Shown: positions 27,890-38,580, counted from the first letter of the stretch. The stretch is 64,000 nt of DNA from a virus (IMGVR_UViG_3300021387_001709:64001-128000), one strand, 5' to 3'. The notes: generated by a model not told the origin, from the sequence alone. A program made the numbers and translations.

Positions 27890-28327
27890 TTATAAAATTC
27901 CATTTATATATTCAACAATTAAATCACTAATAGGCGTGGATGTTGGTACATTTGCAAATGACCATCCACCAGCACCATTAGGTCTCGGTCCCCCATGAAC
28001 ACCATAATTAACGGCTTTATCAAACGCATGTCCAGAATCCCCTGAGTAAGTTGTACCCCATGGTGCCTCCCAAGAATTTACTCCCACCGTTCCAGAAGTA
28101 AAAGTATATACCAAATCACATCCTTCTATCCCGTGCCATCTTTCTTCCGGCTCTACTTCTGCAAAACTATCAAAACCAAAAACACGATCATAACTACCTG
28201 GGCCACCAGAACCGTACCATTCTGCCACAGCACCGCCAATAGCAGCAGGGATTTCTTCTTTTATTTTGTTTACCTATTCTTCGAGCGCAAGTTTTATTAT
28301 CTAATCCGGTATAATATTTTTATTCAT
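27890..28327 (-). CDS. Hypothetical tail-region protein, 145 aa in code 15
   Basis: RBS AAGGTAGGTG, ATG 28327, and two TAGs upstream of track ORF 27890..28228. Confidence 0.7.
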
Positions 28328-28377
28328 AAATTGCACACCTACCTTAACGGTATATAATTATACCGCTCATGTTATTA

Positions 28378-28893
28378 TCAATTAAACGTGTTATCTAATA
28401 TTGCATTCAATTTATCTAAATCTATTTTTTCAAAAATAGGATATAGTGTAGCTCCGATTAATTCCCCAAATCGTTCTACTTGTTTCTTAATAAAACTATG
28501 CGACTCATATTCGTTTGTTATCACATCGTTACACTTCATATTAAGAATAATTTTGAACTCATTTAAATCTTTTTCATCAATCATAGACACAATATCATCA
28601 AGCGCCATAGATGCGTCTAATTTATTATATTCATTAAGCCCATCCTTAAAATTAATATCAATATCCGTATACATATCTACAATACTTAAAAATGTAAACA
28701 TATGTTTTGCGGTAGAATTAACTTTAAAATTCCCATTCTCATCATAATAAGAATTATTAATAATTATCTGAGATCGAACATCTTTCTCCTCAAGAGGGAT
28801 ATAAGATTTTACAATATGTTCTTTAATAAATATAAGACGTTTGTCTGTTTCTTCAAAATTATCATATAATTCCATAAATTCATCAAATTTCAT
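28378..28893 (-). CDS. Hypothetical protein, possible tail assembly chaperone
   Basis: AAGGAG RBS before MKFDEF. Acidic and helical, located upstream of the tape measure gene. Confidence 0.6.
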   Translation of the reverse strand: MKFDEFMELYDNFEETDKRLIFIKEHIVKSYIPLEEKDVRSQIIINNSYYDENGNFKVNSTAKHMFTFLSIVDMYTDIDINFKDGLNEYNKLDASMALDDIVSMIDEKDLNEFKIILNMKCNDVITNEYESHSFIKKQVERFGELIGATLYPIFEKIDLDKLNAILDNTFN

Positions 28894-28959
28894 AATCTTT
28901 CTCCTTATAATCCAATCTATATAAACTCGTAATTTATCATTACAAATAATTTTCATATC

Positions 28960-29001
28960 AAAAAATGGGGTTAGAGAAAAAATAACATTTTCTCTAACCC
29001 C
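28960..29001 (-). terminator. Rho-independent terminator closing the six-gene cassette
   Basis: GGGGTTAGAGAAAA/TTTTCTCTAACCCC stem plus a T tract on the minus strand. Confidence 0.7.
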
Positions 29002-29096
29002 TATATAATCAAAATACAAAGCACCGTATTATACAATTCTATAATTATAATTGTGGCAAACCATCGATATTATGTTTTCTTAATTAATATTCATTT

Positions 29097-29537
29097 TTAC
29101 TGATTATTTTCAATCTGTCCGATAAGCTATTCTATAGCGTATCTGTCTTTTTCGTCCTGCGCCTCATTCATTAAATTCTCTAATTTCTGAACCATATGTT
29201 CTTTGGCATCGCCTCTGCTATAACCGGGACGGTAATTTCCGCCTCGATAACCGCCGTTTCTACCGCCGCGATAGCTGTTTCCACCGTTGTTATAATAATA
29301 CATTGGTCTTCTCTGAGAATAACCGCCGCCATTACGGTTATATCCGCTTGCCAAAGAATAATCATCATCCGGTGCCGTATATCCATTCTCTTCGAACATC
29401 TCGATTGTGCCACAATCTTTCAGAATATCTACAAGTTCTCCGAGAATTTTTACCGTATTCATGTCGAGTTTTCCTTGACGAGAAATCTCGTCAATCTCGC
29501 AATAAATCATATCTTTGATATTATCAAATTCCTACAT
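29097..29537 (-). CDS. Cassette gene 6: RGG/Tyr-Ser-Arg-rich protein, 146 aa
   Basis: GAGGAGG RBS, starts ATG TAG GAA, contains SYRGGRNGGYRGGNYRPGYSRG, ends TAA 29097. Confidence 0.75.
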
Positions 29538-29549
29538 TACCTTCCCTCC

Positions 29550-30020
29550 TCATCGCGTAACATTCAAATCCGGGCGAGAAAAAATAATATTAGCGTTCTA
29601 CACTAAAATAGGCTGATCACTAATATTTTTAACCGATACCGTTTCGCAGCATCCTCGCCATACAGGTACATTAACTGCTCTAGATATATTAAAAAATTCT
29701 TCTACGGCTGCCGGGGTTGCCGACATTATTGAAGAAGCTATAGTAGATCCATCAATTTGAATTGCAACGGATATTTGCCCAGGAGTTCCGCCTGTAGGTA
29801 CGGCAATATTACATCCAAAATCAACTAAATAATTTGCCGCATTTGCTCTGTTGCAACAACATCCGCGCCAACTATTAGGGATATATCCACTTAAAAGAAA
29901 ACTTCCCGTATCATCCCTATGTCGTACTAATCCGCGAGTACAAGGAACGGGCGCTTCTGTAAAGATAATTGTTTCTCCAGGATTTACAGTCTACTGGAGA
30001 GCTGCACTATACTCAGCCAT
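29550..30020 (-). CDS. Cassette gene 5: Cys-rich beta-sandwich protein (BclA-CTD/C1q-like by pattern), 156 aa; missed by the track
   Basis: MAEYSAALQQTVNPGETIIFTEAPVPCTRG...GCCC...YLVDFGCNIAVP...GCCETVSVKNISDQPILVQNANIIF when TAG=Gln. Confidence 0.7.
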
Positions 30021-30058
30021 AAATAATTCCCCCTTACAACTAAACAATTAATTATTAA

Positions 30059-30820
30059 TTAGTTACCGCATCCACATCCGTAGTTATTCCCACAATTACA
30101 GCCAAACGGCTGAGGAACTACGTATGCGGGGATGGGTGAGGGAGCAAGGTATCTTTCAAGTGCTGCCGTCTGCGCTTCATTGTTAGCAAGAATAGCCGCT
30201 GTCTGCGCATCCTGCGAACCTTTAAGATTAGCGAGATTGAGCTGAGTCTGGAGATTTGCGTTCTGTGTTTTGAGTGCTTCAATTTCTTGCTGGCAAAGTT
30301 TGTCCTGAATGGACTGGATTCCACCATTAATGGTATTAAGAAGTGCGTTAGTATTAGCAGTGTTCATTGCCATAATGTCACGAACTCCGTCATTTACAGA
30401 CTGACGATCTGCGCATGCTTCGGATGCAATCTGAGCACCGAGATTGGCTACGGCCAACTAATTATTGCAACAACACTGCTACTGATTCATAGCGATAGTG
30501 TTCATCTGATTTGTAATACTTGCAAGGGTATTTGCACGAGAAATTTCCGCATTACCGAAACCGGTAGTGACGGCAGAAGTAAGACCATTCAGACTATTCA
30601 TAACAGCCATCTGGTCAAATCCGGTCTGAAGCTGTTCCTATGTTGCGTATCCGCCGGACGCACAGCCGTTATTTCCAAATCCATTTCCCCAGCCGTTATT
30701 AGCAAAGAGAAGAAGAATCAGTAACCACCAAGCACCGTTATTATTTCCACCAAAACCATCATTGTTGTTTCCAACTACTGCTGCGAGATCTGCAGCGCTG
30801 AATCCTTCACCATTGAGCAT
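30059..30820 (-). CDS. Cassette gene 4: Gly/Asn-rich protein with hydrophobic segment, coiled coil and Cys-rich tail, 253 aa
   Basis: AAAGGAGG RBS. Track fragments 30638..30922 and 30059..30457 share a frame and join through TAG. Contains GAWWLLILLLF, CCC and CNCGNNYGCGCGN. Confidence 0.8.
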
Positions 30821-31004
30821 TGTAGCATTCCTCCTTTGGATAAAATTATTAATTAGTTGTAATATTAAAATACTCCATCCATTTAATCCTTTTAACCCAA
30901 ACATAATATCATTAAGAAACAATTAAGCCTTGCCACATATTGGTAATTTTATATAACGTTTTAAAGAATATATATAATTAATGCTTTGTATTCCAATTAT
31001 CAAG

Positions 31005-31286
31005 TTACTGTTGCTACATGTTTGTAGCAATCTGCTGGGCATAATTTAGTTCATTCGCCCTTCCATTATTCATCAAATATTTACAAATCATCTCCGGATT
31101 ATTCCGAAACTGTTGTAAATCATTGTACTGTTGCCGGTTGATTTTACCATTATTCAACATTATATCTAAAATAACTCCCGGATTTCTGCTCACCTAAGCA
31201 AACTGATTTAATATATTACCGGAATTATTCTAAGGCTGACGACTCGGCATATATCCACCAAATCTATTAAATAAACTATTAGCCAT
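31005..31286 (-). CDS. Cassette gene 3: Gln/Asn-rich small protein, 93 aa; missed by the track
   Basis: TAATG-coupled to the upstream gene. MANSLFNRFGG...NPGVILDIMLNNGKINRQQYN, with three TAGs. Confidence 0.7.
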
Positions 31287-31855
31287 TATTTATTCCCCTT
31301 CCTATAATTAGAATTAGAATTGGAATTATTCTATGGTTTACCAAAACTGGTTATTCTATCTTCAATACCGGTAACCTACTTGTCAAGATTACTAAGCTGA
31401 TTATTCACCTAGGTCAACTAATCTTTGGTAACAAAATCCTAAAAAGATTCCAATTGTTTAGTGATAGAAGAGAGCTGTGTAGTAATATCATCCAGCTATT
31501 GCTTTGTCACATACTCCGGAGTTTCTACGTCTTTTTCAGAATTGTCAACGCCTCTTTCAGTGTAATCCAATACAGTAATCTGTGGTTTCCCCATTTGATC
31601 TATGTATTTGATATAAACAACTTTTTCATCCTCGTCCCACAAAGCCACAGGAATTCCGGGCTACAGATTATTATATCCGTCGGCAGCGGTTCTGCCTTTA
31701 ACCCATATCATGTTTCCGATCTGCGGCTGCTGTTGATAAACCGGATTAGTCATTGTCTGCGGAACTTGATAATACTGTTGCCAATTCCTCTGAGGGTAAG
31801 GCTATTGATAATTATTCTACTGATAACCATTCTAAAATCCATTAAAAGCATCCAT
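31286..31855 (-). CDS. Cassette gene 2: Q/Y/N-rich N-terminus, IWVKG..ALWD domain and coiled coil, 189 aa; missed by the track
   Basis: AGGAGG RBS. MDAFNGFQNGYQQNNYQQPYPQ with TAG interleaved among CAA/CAG codons, ten TAGs in total. Confidence 0.75.
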
Positions 31856-31858
31856 AGA

Positions 31859-32239
31859 TTATTCCTCCTTCTACCAATAATATGTTACAATTTCGTCGGA
31901 ACTATCCCAGCTATCGTATATGCTGCCCATGTCTACCGCAACGGCATGAGTTCCGGTAGCTACAATATAATGTCCGTCAGAATGTTCCTATGCGAACTGT
32001 CTCAACGTATAACAATCCGGGCATGTGTCTGGGAGATTCTACCTTGTATATCCTTTTGATTTTAAATATGAACCCCATACATAATTAGAAGAGGGCATAT
32101 CAGATAACTTATAAGCCTCAGCCATAAGTTCGATAAAAATATCATTCCATCCTTTTCCTTCAATTCGCGAGATAGCTCTAATAACACAATCACCAACCAT
32201 TTTTCCGGCTGGATTAGGATTAAAATAAATATACCCCAT
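31859..32239 (-). CDS. Cassette gene 1: putative cysteine-peptidase-like protein, 126 aa
   Basis: GDCVIRAI...THAVAV...YDSWDS gives a Cys-His-Asp arrangement when read through TAG 32039. Confidence 0.65.
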
Positions 32240-32259
32240 TAAATCACCTCGATTAATAA

Positions 32260-32697
32260 TCAATTATCTATAGTAGTTACCGTTATTTCCGTGCGCGGAT
32301 TTTCTTTGTCATATCCCATACGTAGCGTGAGAGAAGCAAGGTGTTTATAATCATCGTCCACAATAAATCCTGCTTCGGTAAGTCCATCTAATATGAACTT
32401 TGGTACCGTGTTGTCGCAATCCGATCTCCGGCGAGTCGGCATATACGTTATCACATCCACAGTGAATTTATCCAACATTAAACCGGAATAACCTAATTTC
32501 TTACACATCCATATAGTGAAAAATTTCCATTTCTGTTTTATATTATTCATTTGTACCCGTGGTAATATCATCCAGATGTTAAGAAGCGGATGACGCGGTT
32601 TGTCTATTGCCGGTTTTCTAGCACGAGGATATTTTTTGAAATAATATTTGTTATATTCATCAACCAACTATTGGTCTATTATTATTTTGTATTCCAT
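32260..32697 (-). CDS. rusA: RusA-family Holliday junction resolvase
   Basis: RRRSDCDNTVPKFILDGL..AGFIVDDD matches the RusA DxDN..K...D.L.......DD motif. True start is 10 codons upstream of the track ORF, through a TAG. Confidence 0.75.
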
Positions 32698-32724
32698 TTA
32701 TAATTATCACCTATCTATTCATTC

Positions 32725-32937
32725 TTATTCACCGGCAGCAGCAAGCATTATCTTTGCAATATCTCTTACGCATCCTTTATTATCAAGATCTCTGATTATT
32801 GCCATCGCAAGATTTGCTTCCCAGTAATAAATAAAATGATCCTCTTCTGGACTAATATCATCTAAATGTGCAAGTCGATCGGTGATATCTATGAATTTCT
32901 CAACAAACTCTTTGATATTTTTATAACTTTTCATCAT
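32725..32937 (-). CDS. Hypothetical protein
   Basis: GAGG RBS and tight packing with neighbours. Confidence 0.6.
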   Translation of the reverse strand: MMKSYKNIKEFVEKFIDITDRLAHLDDISPEEDHFIYYWEANLAMAIIRDLDNKGCVRDIAKIMLAAAGE

Positions 32938-32943
32938 AACACC

Positions 32944-33975
32944 TCACATATCCGATAAAGAACTCTGTTTGACGTCTTTAATTCCGTTCTCGTCAAAATA
33001 CTGAGAGAGCGTATCCTCAATAGTTGCGTCATTATATAAATTAACCATATCTGCACTTTCCCAGCCGATTATTTCTTGCACAACAGAAGACGGTAAATTT
33101 TTCTTTAATAACGTAGTGCAATACATATGCCGGAGGCTGTGCCAGTAGAAGGGTTTTCCTAAAAATCTGCTATACGTGTCCACCCAATTGTCGAGGCTTT
33201 CCGGCTTAATCGGTTCGTCTGGATTATTTGCGGATGGAAATAGCCACTCACTAACAATTCCATTTTCTTTTCTATAATCAAGCCATAATTTTAAATAAGG
33301 ATCGAATTCCTTTTTCAACACATATAATTCCAACATCTTACCGCGAGAACCACGACCTTTAGTTTTAACCTTTTCAGGCGTTTTATACAATGAGCCGAGA
33401 AATACATTTTCCTCGTCAAAATATGACACTTTAAACCTTGGCAACTCAGCTTTCCGTCTTCCGGAATACATTGCTAGCGCAAGGATACAAGCTTGCATAT
33501 ATTTCTCTTGTTCAACAAGATGGGAGAGTAATAGTTGTATTTCTTCCGGTTCAAATACTGTTTTTTCACGAACTGCCTCTTTGACTGGAGATTCGATTTT
33601 TCTAATAATTGCTCGATAACCTTCGAATTCTTCTTCCTCATCAAGAATGTTTTCTATGAAATTACTCATTGAAGAAATGACAGATTTTACCCGGCGAATT
33701 CTGTTGGAACTCCATCCCCAGTTGTTAAGACAATGATTCTGAAACTTTGCAAATTCTCGTTTTGTTATTTTGATAAATGGTTTATTGTTGTTATATTCTA
33801 AATTCCACACCCAAAATATTTTTAAATCACTTTTATACTGTTCAATAGTATTAGGTGATCTATCTATAGATTGAAGATATTCTATAAAGTCGTCACCTAG
33901 CTGCTTATTCTCCGGAAGAATCTGTTCGATTAATTCCGGCGTTGTTATATTGTTATACACTGTTTTACGTCCTAT
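32944..33975 (-). CDS. Tyrosine recombinase (XerC/D-like; same position as SPbeta YomM)
   Basis: SGRRKAEL, KTKG, HSLRH, IIGW and LY catalytic pattern. Likely ATA start at 33975 behind a GGGAGTGA RBS. No in-frame TAG. Confidence 0.85.
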   Translation of the reverse strand: MGRKTVYNNITTPELIEQILPENKQLGDDFIEYLQSIDRSPNTIEQYKSDLKIFWVWNLEYNNNKPFIKITKREFAKFQNHCLNNWGWSSNRIRRVKSVISSMSNFIENILDEEEEFEGYRAIIRKIESPVKEAVREKTVFEPEEIQLLLSHLVEQEKYMQACILALAMYSGRRKAELPRFKVSYFDEENVFLGSLYKTPEKVKTKGRGSRGKMLELYVLKKEFDPYLKLWLDYRKENGIVSEWLFPSANNPDEPIKPESLDNWVDTYSRFLGKPFYWHSLRHMYCTTLLKKNLPSSVVQEIIGWESADMVNLYNDATIEDTLSQYFDENGIKDVKQSSLSDM

Positions 33976-34000
33976 AACAGATCACTCCCTTCTTTAAAAT

Positions 34001-34255
34001 TTAGCTTTCATCAACCAAGTAATATTCTATGGTTAATGGTATAACCACAAACTCAGTATTTGTTTGAAAGTCTTCCATATAGTTTCTAAGAACAGTAATT
34101 GCAATATCTCGATCATATGTTTTAGTAGCCAGTTCAATATTAGTTACAATTTCCCACTTATGGTCGTGCAATGAACGTAGATATACAGTTTTACCCTCTG
34201 CGTCAATAGAGGCTATTACATATTTATTTATAGTTTTTTCCAATTGTTTTCTCAT
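34001..34255 (-). CDS. Hypothetical protein
   Basis: Intact ORF with an AAGGA RBS in the operon. Confidence 0.6.
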   Translation of the reverse strand: MRKQLEKTINKYVIASIDAEGKTVYLRSLHDHKWEIVTNIELATKTYDRDIAITVLRNYMEDFQTNTEFVVIPLTIEYYLVDES

Positions 34256-34260
34256 AATAT

Positions 34261-35394
34261 TTATTTCCTTTTAACTCCTTTAGCATTTATTAGTTTTAAA
34301 TTATCAATAACATAGTCAATGTCTGATTGTGTTGTTTCGTAATCTAGTGAAAATCGAATAGAAGCGTTCGCATCATCATCAGATAAACCAATCGCTTTCA
34401 GCACATATGACGGCTCATTAGAGTCAGAATTACATGCAGACCCGGTAGAAACATAAATTCCGCTCATGTCTAGCATTCTTAATATTTGCTCTCCGCGACA
34501 TCCTTTAAAACATACGTTCAAATTTCCAGGTAGCCGATTGCCAATATCACCATTGATGGTTACGTTATCAAATTCACTTATTAATTTTGAGTAAAGATAA
34601 TTGCGTAAATAAAGGATATGTGCGATATCTCTACTATTCTCTAAATTGTTTATAGCGTCAGAAATGCAACCAAATCCAGCAATCGCCAATACATTTTCTG
34701 TTCCTGAACGCTTTCCAGACTCTTGACCACCACCATAAATAAGCGGCGGTATATCTATTCCGTTCCGCACATATAAAAACCCAATCCCCTTAGGACCATG
34801 AGTTTTATGAGCACTTACACTCATCATATCAATATGTAGTTTGTTTACATCAATGGGAATATGACCGTATGCTTGAACAGCATCAGTGTGAAAGATTATA
34901 TTATTTTTACGAGCAATTCTGCCAATTTCTTCAATAGGCTGAATTGTCCCAATTTCATTATTGGCGGTCATTATAGATATTAGCTTTGTATTAGGAGTTA
35001 CGGCATTGGCTACATCTTGCGGATTAATAGCCCCGAACTTATCAACTCCTACATATGTTACTTTAACACCTTTTTTCTCAAGTGCCCAGCACTTATTTAA
35101 AATAGCATGATGCTCTATTACGCTAGTTATTAAATGATCTCCTGGCTCTAATATATTTAATACCCAATTATCACTCTCGGTCCCACCGGATGTAAAATAT
35201 ATTTCTTCCGGCATACAATTAATCGTTGTAGCTAGGTCAGTTCGCGAAACATCAATTAAATTCCTCGCCACAATCCCAGCCCTATGAGTAGAAGATGGAT
35301 TCCCATAAACTTTGGAATACGCATTAAGCATCTGTTCAATCACTCCAGGATATGGTTTTGTTGTAGCTGCATTATCTAAATATACTTCTCGCAT
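34261..35394 (-). CDS. iscS: Cysteine desulfurase IscS/NifS (group I)
   Basis: YLDNAATT, FTSGGTES, HTDAVQA, SAHKTHGPKG (PLP lysine), GGGQE..RSGTEN and STGSAC (catalytic Cys). RBS AAGGAG before MREVY. Confidence 0.93.
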   Translation of the reverse strand: MREVYLDNAATTKPYPGVIEQMLNAYSKVYGNPSSTHRAGIVARNLIDVSRTDLATTINCMPEEIYFTSGGTESDNWVLNILEPGDHLITSVIEHHAILNKCWALEKKGVKVTYVGVDKFGAINPQDVANAVTPNTKLISIMTANNEIGTIQPIEEIGRIARKNNIIFHTDAVQAYGHIPIDVNKLHIDMMSVSAHKTHGPKGIGFLYVRNGIDIPPLIYGGGQESGKRSGTENVLAIAGFGCISDAINNLENSRDIAHILYLRNYLYSKLISEFDNVTINGDIGNRLPGNLNVCFKGCRGEQILRMLDMSGIYVSTGSACNSDSNEPSYVLKAIGLSDDDANASIRFSLDYETTQSDIDYVIDNLKLINAKGVKRK

Positions 35395-35404
35395 AATATT
35401 CTCC

Positions 35405-35641
35405 TTACGTAAGTTCATGTTTACACCAAAGGTCAAAATACTTTTTACTTTGTTCTCGATTGAAAATAAAACATAATATTGGATCCCCCGTGTTAAAATC
35501 TACGCTAATATATAAATCAAGAAGTTCACATCCGTGTTTTAAATATAAAGTAGCTTGCTTCACATTGACTATTCGAACACCGTCCTATGGATAATAATCT
35601 TTTCCCGTTATTTCTGAATGTATATCATTAATATCTCTCAT
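35405..35641 (-). CDS. Small hypothetical protein, 78 aa in code 15; missed by the track
   Basis: MRDINDIHSEITGKDYYPQDGVRIVNVKQATLYLKHG...FIFNREQSKKYFDLWCKHELT, one TAG. Confidence 0.65.
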
Positions 35642-35671
35642 TCCTTTTAATTCCTTCCTTGAAAAAATCGT

Positions 35672-35770
35672 AAAAAAAGGGGACAGCCACAAAATGAATG
35701 TGTAGTCGTCCCCTAATATGTGATCCGGTCATGCCGGTTCACTCCGTATTTTATAATCACATTCACTAAT
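35672..35770 (-). promoter_or_regulatory. Terminator hairpin with an upstream loop-complementary sequence
   Basis: GGGGACGACTAC...GTGGCTGTCCCC plus T7. Loop CACATTCA is complementary to upstream TGAATGTG. Confidence 0.5.
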
Positions 35771-36250
35771 TTATTTTGCCGCAAATTTTGGCTTAATCTT
35801 TTTATTCTGATAATTCTTATTTCTATTATCATTCAGAGGTTTATCTTCATTGACAATTGTATTGTCTTCTGAGGTTTTCTCCGGTTCTTCATGCTTTACT
35901 TCCTCAGCAGCCAGTTTAACTTCCGGCGATTCGTTCTTTAATGCCGACATAATTGCTTTAGCATTAGTAGTATCAATCTGCTGAAGCTGATTAATTGCAT
36001 CTTTTATCCAATCCGGAAGTTTTTCAATATACTCTTTATCAAGCGTAAGTTCACTAAGTCTAGCCGCTTCAACCTCTGGTTCAAGCCAATGATTTAAAAA
36101 GCCCGCAGTAATGTTGTATATTTCCTTGCATCTCTCAGAACAATAAGCGTCCATCCAGCGAGGAAGCTTATCAAAATCTGAACAATTAGGGCAGAACTGA
36201 TACTTGCTTGAGCAAATACTGCAGCTTCGTTCAAATTTCTTTTTAGCCAT
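35771..36250 (-). CDS. Hypothetical Zn-binding protein
   Basis: CSIC, CPNC and CSERC motifs, AGGAGG RBS. Confidence 0.7.
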   Translation of the reverse strand: MAKKKFERSCSICSSKYQFCPNCSDFDKLPRWMDAYCSERCKEIYNITAGFLNHWLEPEVEAARLSELTLDKEYIEKLPDWIKDAINQLQQIDTTNAKAIMSALKNESPEVKLAAEEVKHEEPEKTSEDNTIVNEDKPLNDNRNKNYQNKKIKPKFAAK

Positions 36251-36264
36251 TATTCTTTTCCTCC

Positions 36265-37539
36265 TTAAAAATTAATAATAGGTTTTTCGATATCTGTATC
36301 TATAGTATTTAATTTCATAACGTCAATATAACTATATATGTCAAACGGTTTATCAATACCGTGTTTCTTTCTTATCTCATTTATATACTCCTGAAGTTGC
36401 TCTGGGGTATTGTTTTTTGCTCCATACTTATGATGAAACGAACCATATATAAACATATTATGATATTTTTTATCCAATATAATGGTGTTCCACTCTTCAA
36501 ACATATATTCTGGATATGTTGACATGGGATATATATGATGTAATTCCAGATTATCTGTAACTGTATTGGTAATATAACAAACGGATCCATATTTTTTAAT
36601 AATTGAATCTCTCCAATGTTTATACGGTTTACTACTTCTAATCCTTTGATTTAGTGTTTTTTCTCCGCCTTTCCAGTTGGGATTATTTTCTCCGGTATAA
36701 TGCCAGCCACCGCCACAGGTTTTGGCGTCACCTTTTCGTAAAACACTACCTCTGATACTTACATCGTTTCCACATGAACAATGACAAAACCAATACGGTA
36801 CTCCGTCAACGGATTTATCAAAAGCCGTTACGGTTAATTCCCCATATTGTTTTCCTACTAAGTCAATAAGACCAATCCCTAATCTGGCACACTCAGGACA
36901 TTCAAAATGTTTAATTTTAGACTGAGCAATTTCTCTTAAGTAATCATCATGTTTCCCATTATTGCATTTCCAATACACTTTTTTATTTGAATTACAATAA
37001 TAATCATATGGAGTCATTTCATTTTTATTTGACCAATAAAGAATGCTGTCTGGGTATATGACTCCTAAAGATTTTTCTTTTTTTACAGCGGCATCGTTCG
37101 GAATCCATTTACCTTTTGGCCTAAAAAATCTTTCTGGAACAATTGTTTTTACTCCACCATTATCCAAATCATTTATTTTAATATCAATCTTAGACCTAAA
37201 GCTAATATCCCATGGGGTGAAACCATTGTCTTCGTTCCAAATTTTTTCTAAATAATCAATGCCATATTTATCTATAACATGTTGGGCAAAACTAGAACAT
37301 GCTCTACATGCCAGTTCTTGATGTTCTCCATTTAACCTCCCAAGTGGATATATTTTATGTGATTCACTTTCATGAATACCCCTTGGACATTTTAACCAAA
37401 CATCTTTTTCAGAACCCATTGATAATTCGCCTGGACTAAAAGCATTCTTTTCATAATCCCACCTATTTAATAAATCGAATCTAGAATGATCGTTACACCA
37501 TTTATCAAAATAATATTTTTCTTTCTTTCCCATTTTCAT
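36265..37539 (-). CDS. Free-standing HNH endonuclease with repeated zinc-ribbon DNA-binding domains
   Basis: Repeated W...KN...P......S.K.V.W.C...H modules, NPNWKGG motif, and C-terminal LELHHIYP...N...H. Confidence 0.8.
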   Translation of the reverse strand: MKMGKKEKYYFDKWCNDHSRFDLLNRWDYEKNAFSPGELSMGSEKDVWLKCPRGIHESESHKIYPLGRLNGEHQELACRACSSFAQHVIDKYGIDYLEKIWNEDNGFTPWDISFRSKIDIKINDLDNGGVKTIVPERFFRPKGKWIPNDAAVKKEKSLGVIYPDSILYWSNKNEMTPYDYYCNSNKKVYWKCNNGKHDDYLREIAQSKIKHFECPECARLGIGLIDLVGKQYGELTVTAFDKSVDGVPYWFCHCSCGNDVSIRGSVLRKGDAKTCGGGWHYTGENNPNWKGGEKTLNQRIRSSKPYKHWRDSIIKKYGSVCYITNTVTDNLELHHIYPMSTYPEYMFEEWNTIILDKKYHNMFIYGSFHHKYGAKNNTPEQLQEYINEIRKKHGIDKPFDIYSYIDVMKLNTIDTDIEKPIINF

Positions 37540-37641
37540 TTCTCCTTATAATGAATCTCCTAAATTTAGACAAAATAAAAGAGCGGGATAGGAGTTTCCC
37601 GCTCTTGTCAGTTGGGTTGCAAAACCAACCTATTTATTTTT

Positions 37642-37674
37642 AAATAAAACCGCCGGATTTGACCCCGACGGCTC
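37642..37674 (-). terminator. Terminator after the major tail gene
   Basis: GCCGTCGG/CCGGCGGT stem followed by TTTATTT. Confidence 0.55.
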
Positions 37675-37696
37675 TTGATAGTTAAACGATAATAAA

Positions 37697-38509
37697 TTAT
37701 TCGTCTTCCTCGTCATCTTCAACAACATAGATGCTATAGAGTCTCTTATCAGCGTCGCAATAAGAAACCTGAAGCTGTCCATTAAAGTCGATAGTCTGAT
37801 TGTCGGAACTCAGTGACACTTCGCTTTCCGGCGATACCTAGAAGGACGGAATGTCGATATATGCTGCGCGGAGTGTGTCTGCGGAACAAGGATCGACACA
37901 AAGAACCTTAAGGATAAGACGGATAGTCCCCGGGAACTTATCAGCTTTATTAATCATCTCAACAGCACCAGCCGTTGCAGCGGTGCCATCAAGTTCACGG
38001 TCATAACGAATCAGATACTGAGTATAATCGTTGCTAAGCGGAAGAGTAAGTACACCGGTTCCATCATCATAAGTAAATGTGGAAGCAGTAGCACTACCGC
38101 CGGTCTGGAATGCAATACCGAGAGTACCGTTGTTTTCCATACCATACACCTTCGGCGTACCGGTTACATACTTAAGTGTAACGGTCGGGCCATCAGATGC
38201 CTTAGCAATTGTGATTCCCGGTGCGGTAATCTTATGGTTTGCACTAGCTTCAACCTTTCCAGAACCAGCTTCAGATCCGAGAATATTAAGGTTAATAAAA
38301 GCGTTAGTTGCTGTAAACTCACCGGTTTTTGCTCTCCAGAAACGTTTCACGAGGTTGCCGTCTTTATCGGTAACATCATTAGATTCTGCGGAAATATTAA
38401 GAGTAGCTTCCTAAAGCTGGGTGAGTGTATAGAGAACGTTGCCGTCAAAGTCTTCAGCAGTTGCGACCTAGATACGGTCAATAATAAGATCATCGAGCTT
38501 GAATGCCAT
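37697..38509 (-). CDS. Major tail tube protein, 270 aa in code 15
   Basis: MAFKLDDLIIDRIQVATAEDFDGNVLYTLTQLQEATLNISAES...; three TAGs, AAAGGAG RBS, strong codon bias, own terminator. Confidence 0.75.
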
Positions 38510-38580
38510 AATACATTTCTCCTTTCATAATATATTTTATCATTTTATTGTATTAACCGATTATTTCGGGTTATACCAAA

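Noticed and set aside
32944-33975. Prophage boundary / att site at the tyrosine recombinase
   Set aside because: Phage genes with TAG recoding continue on both sides, no host genes or att repeats are seen, and SPbeta-like phages carry an internal recombinase at this position.
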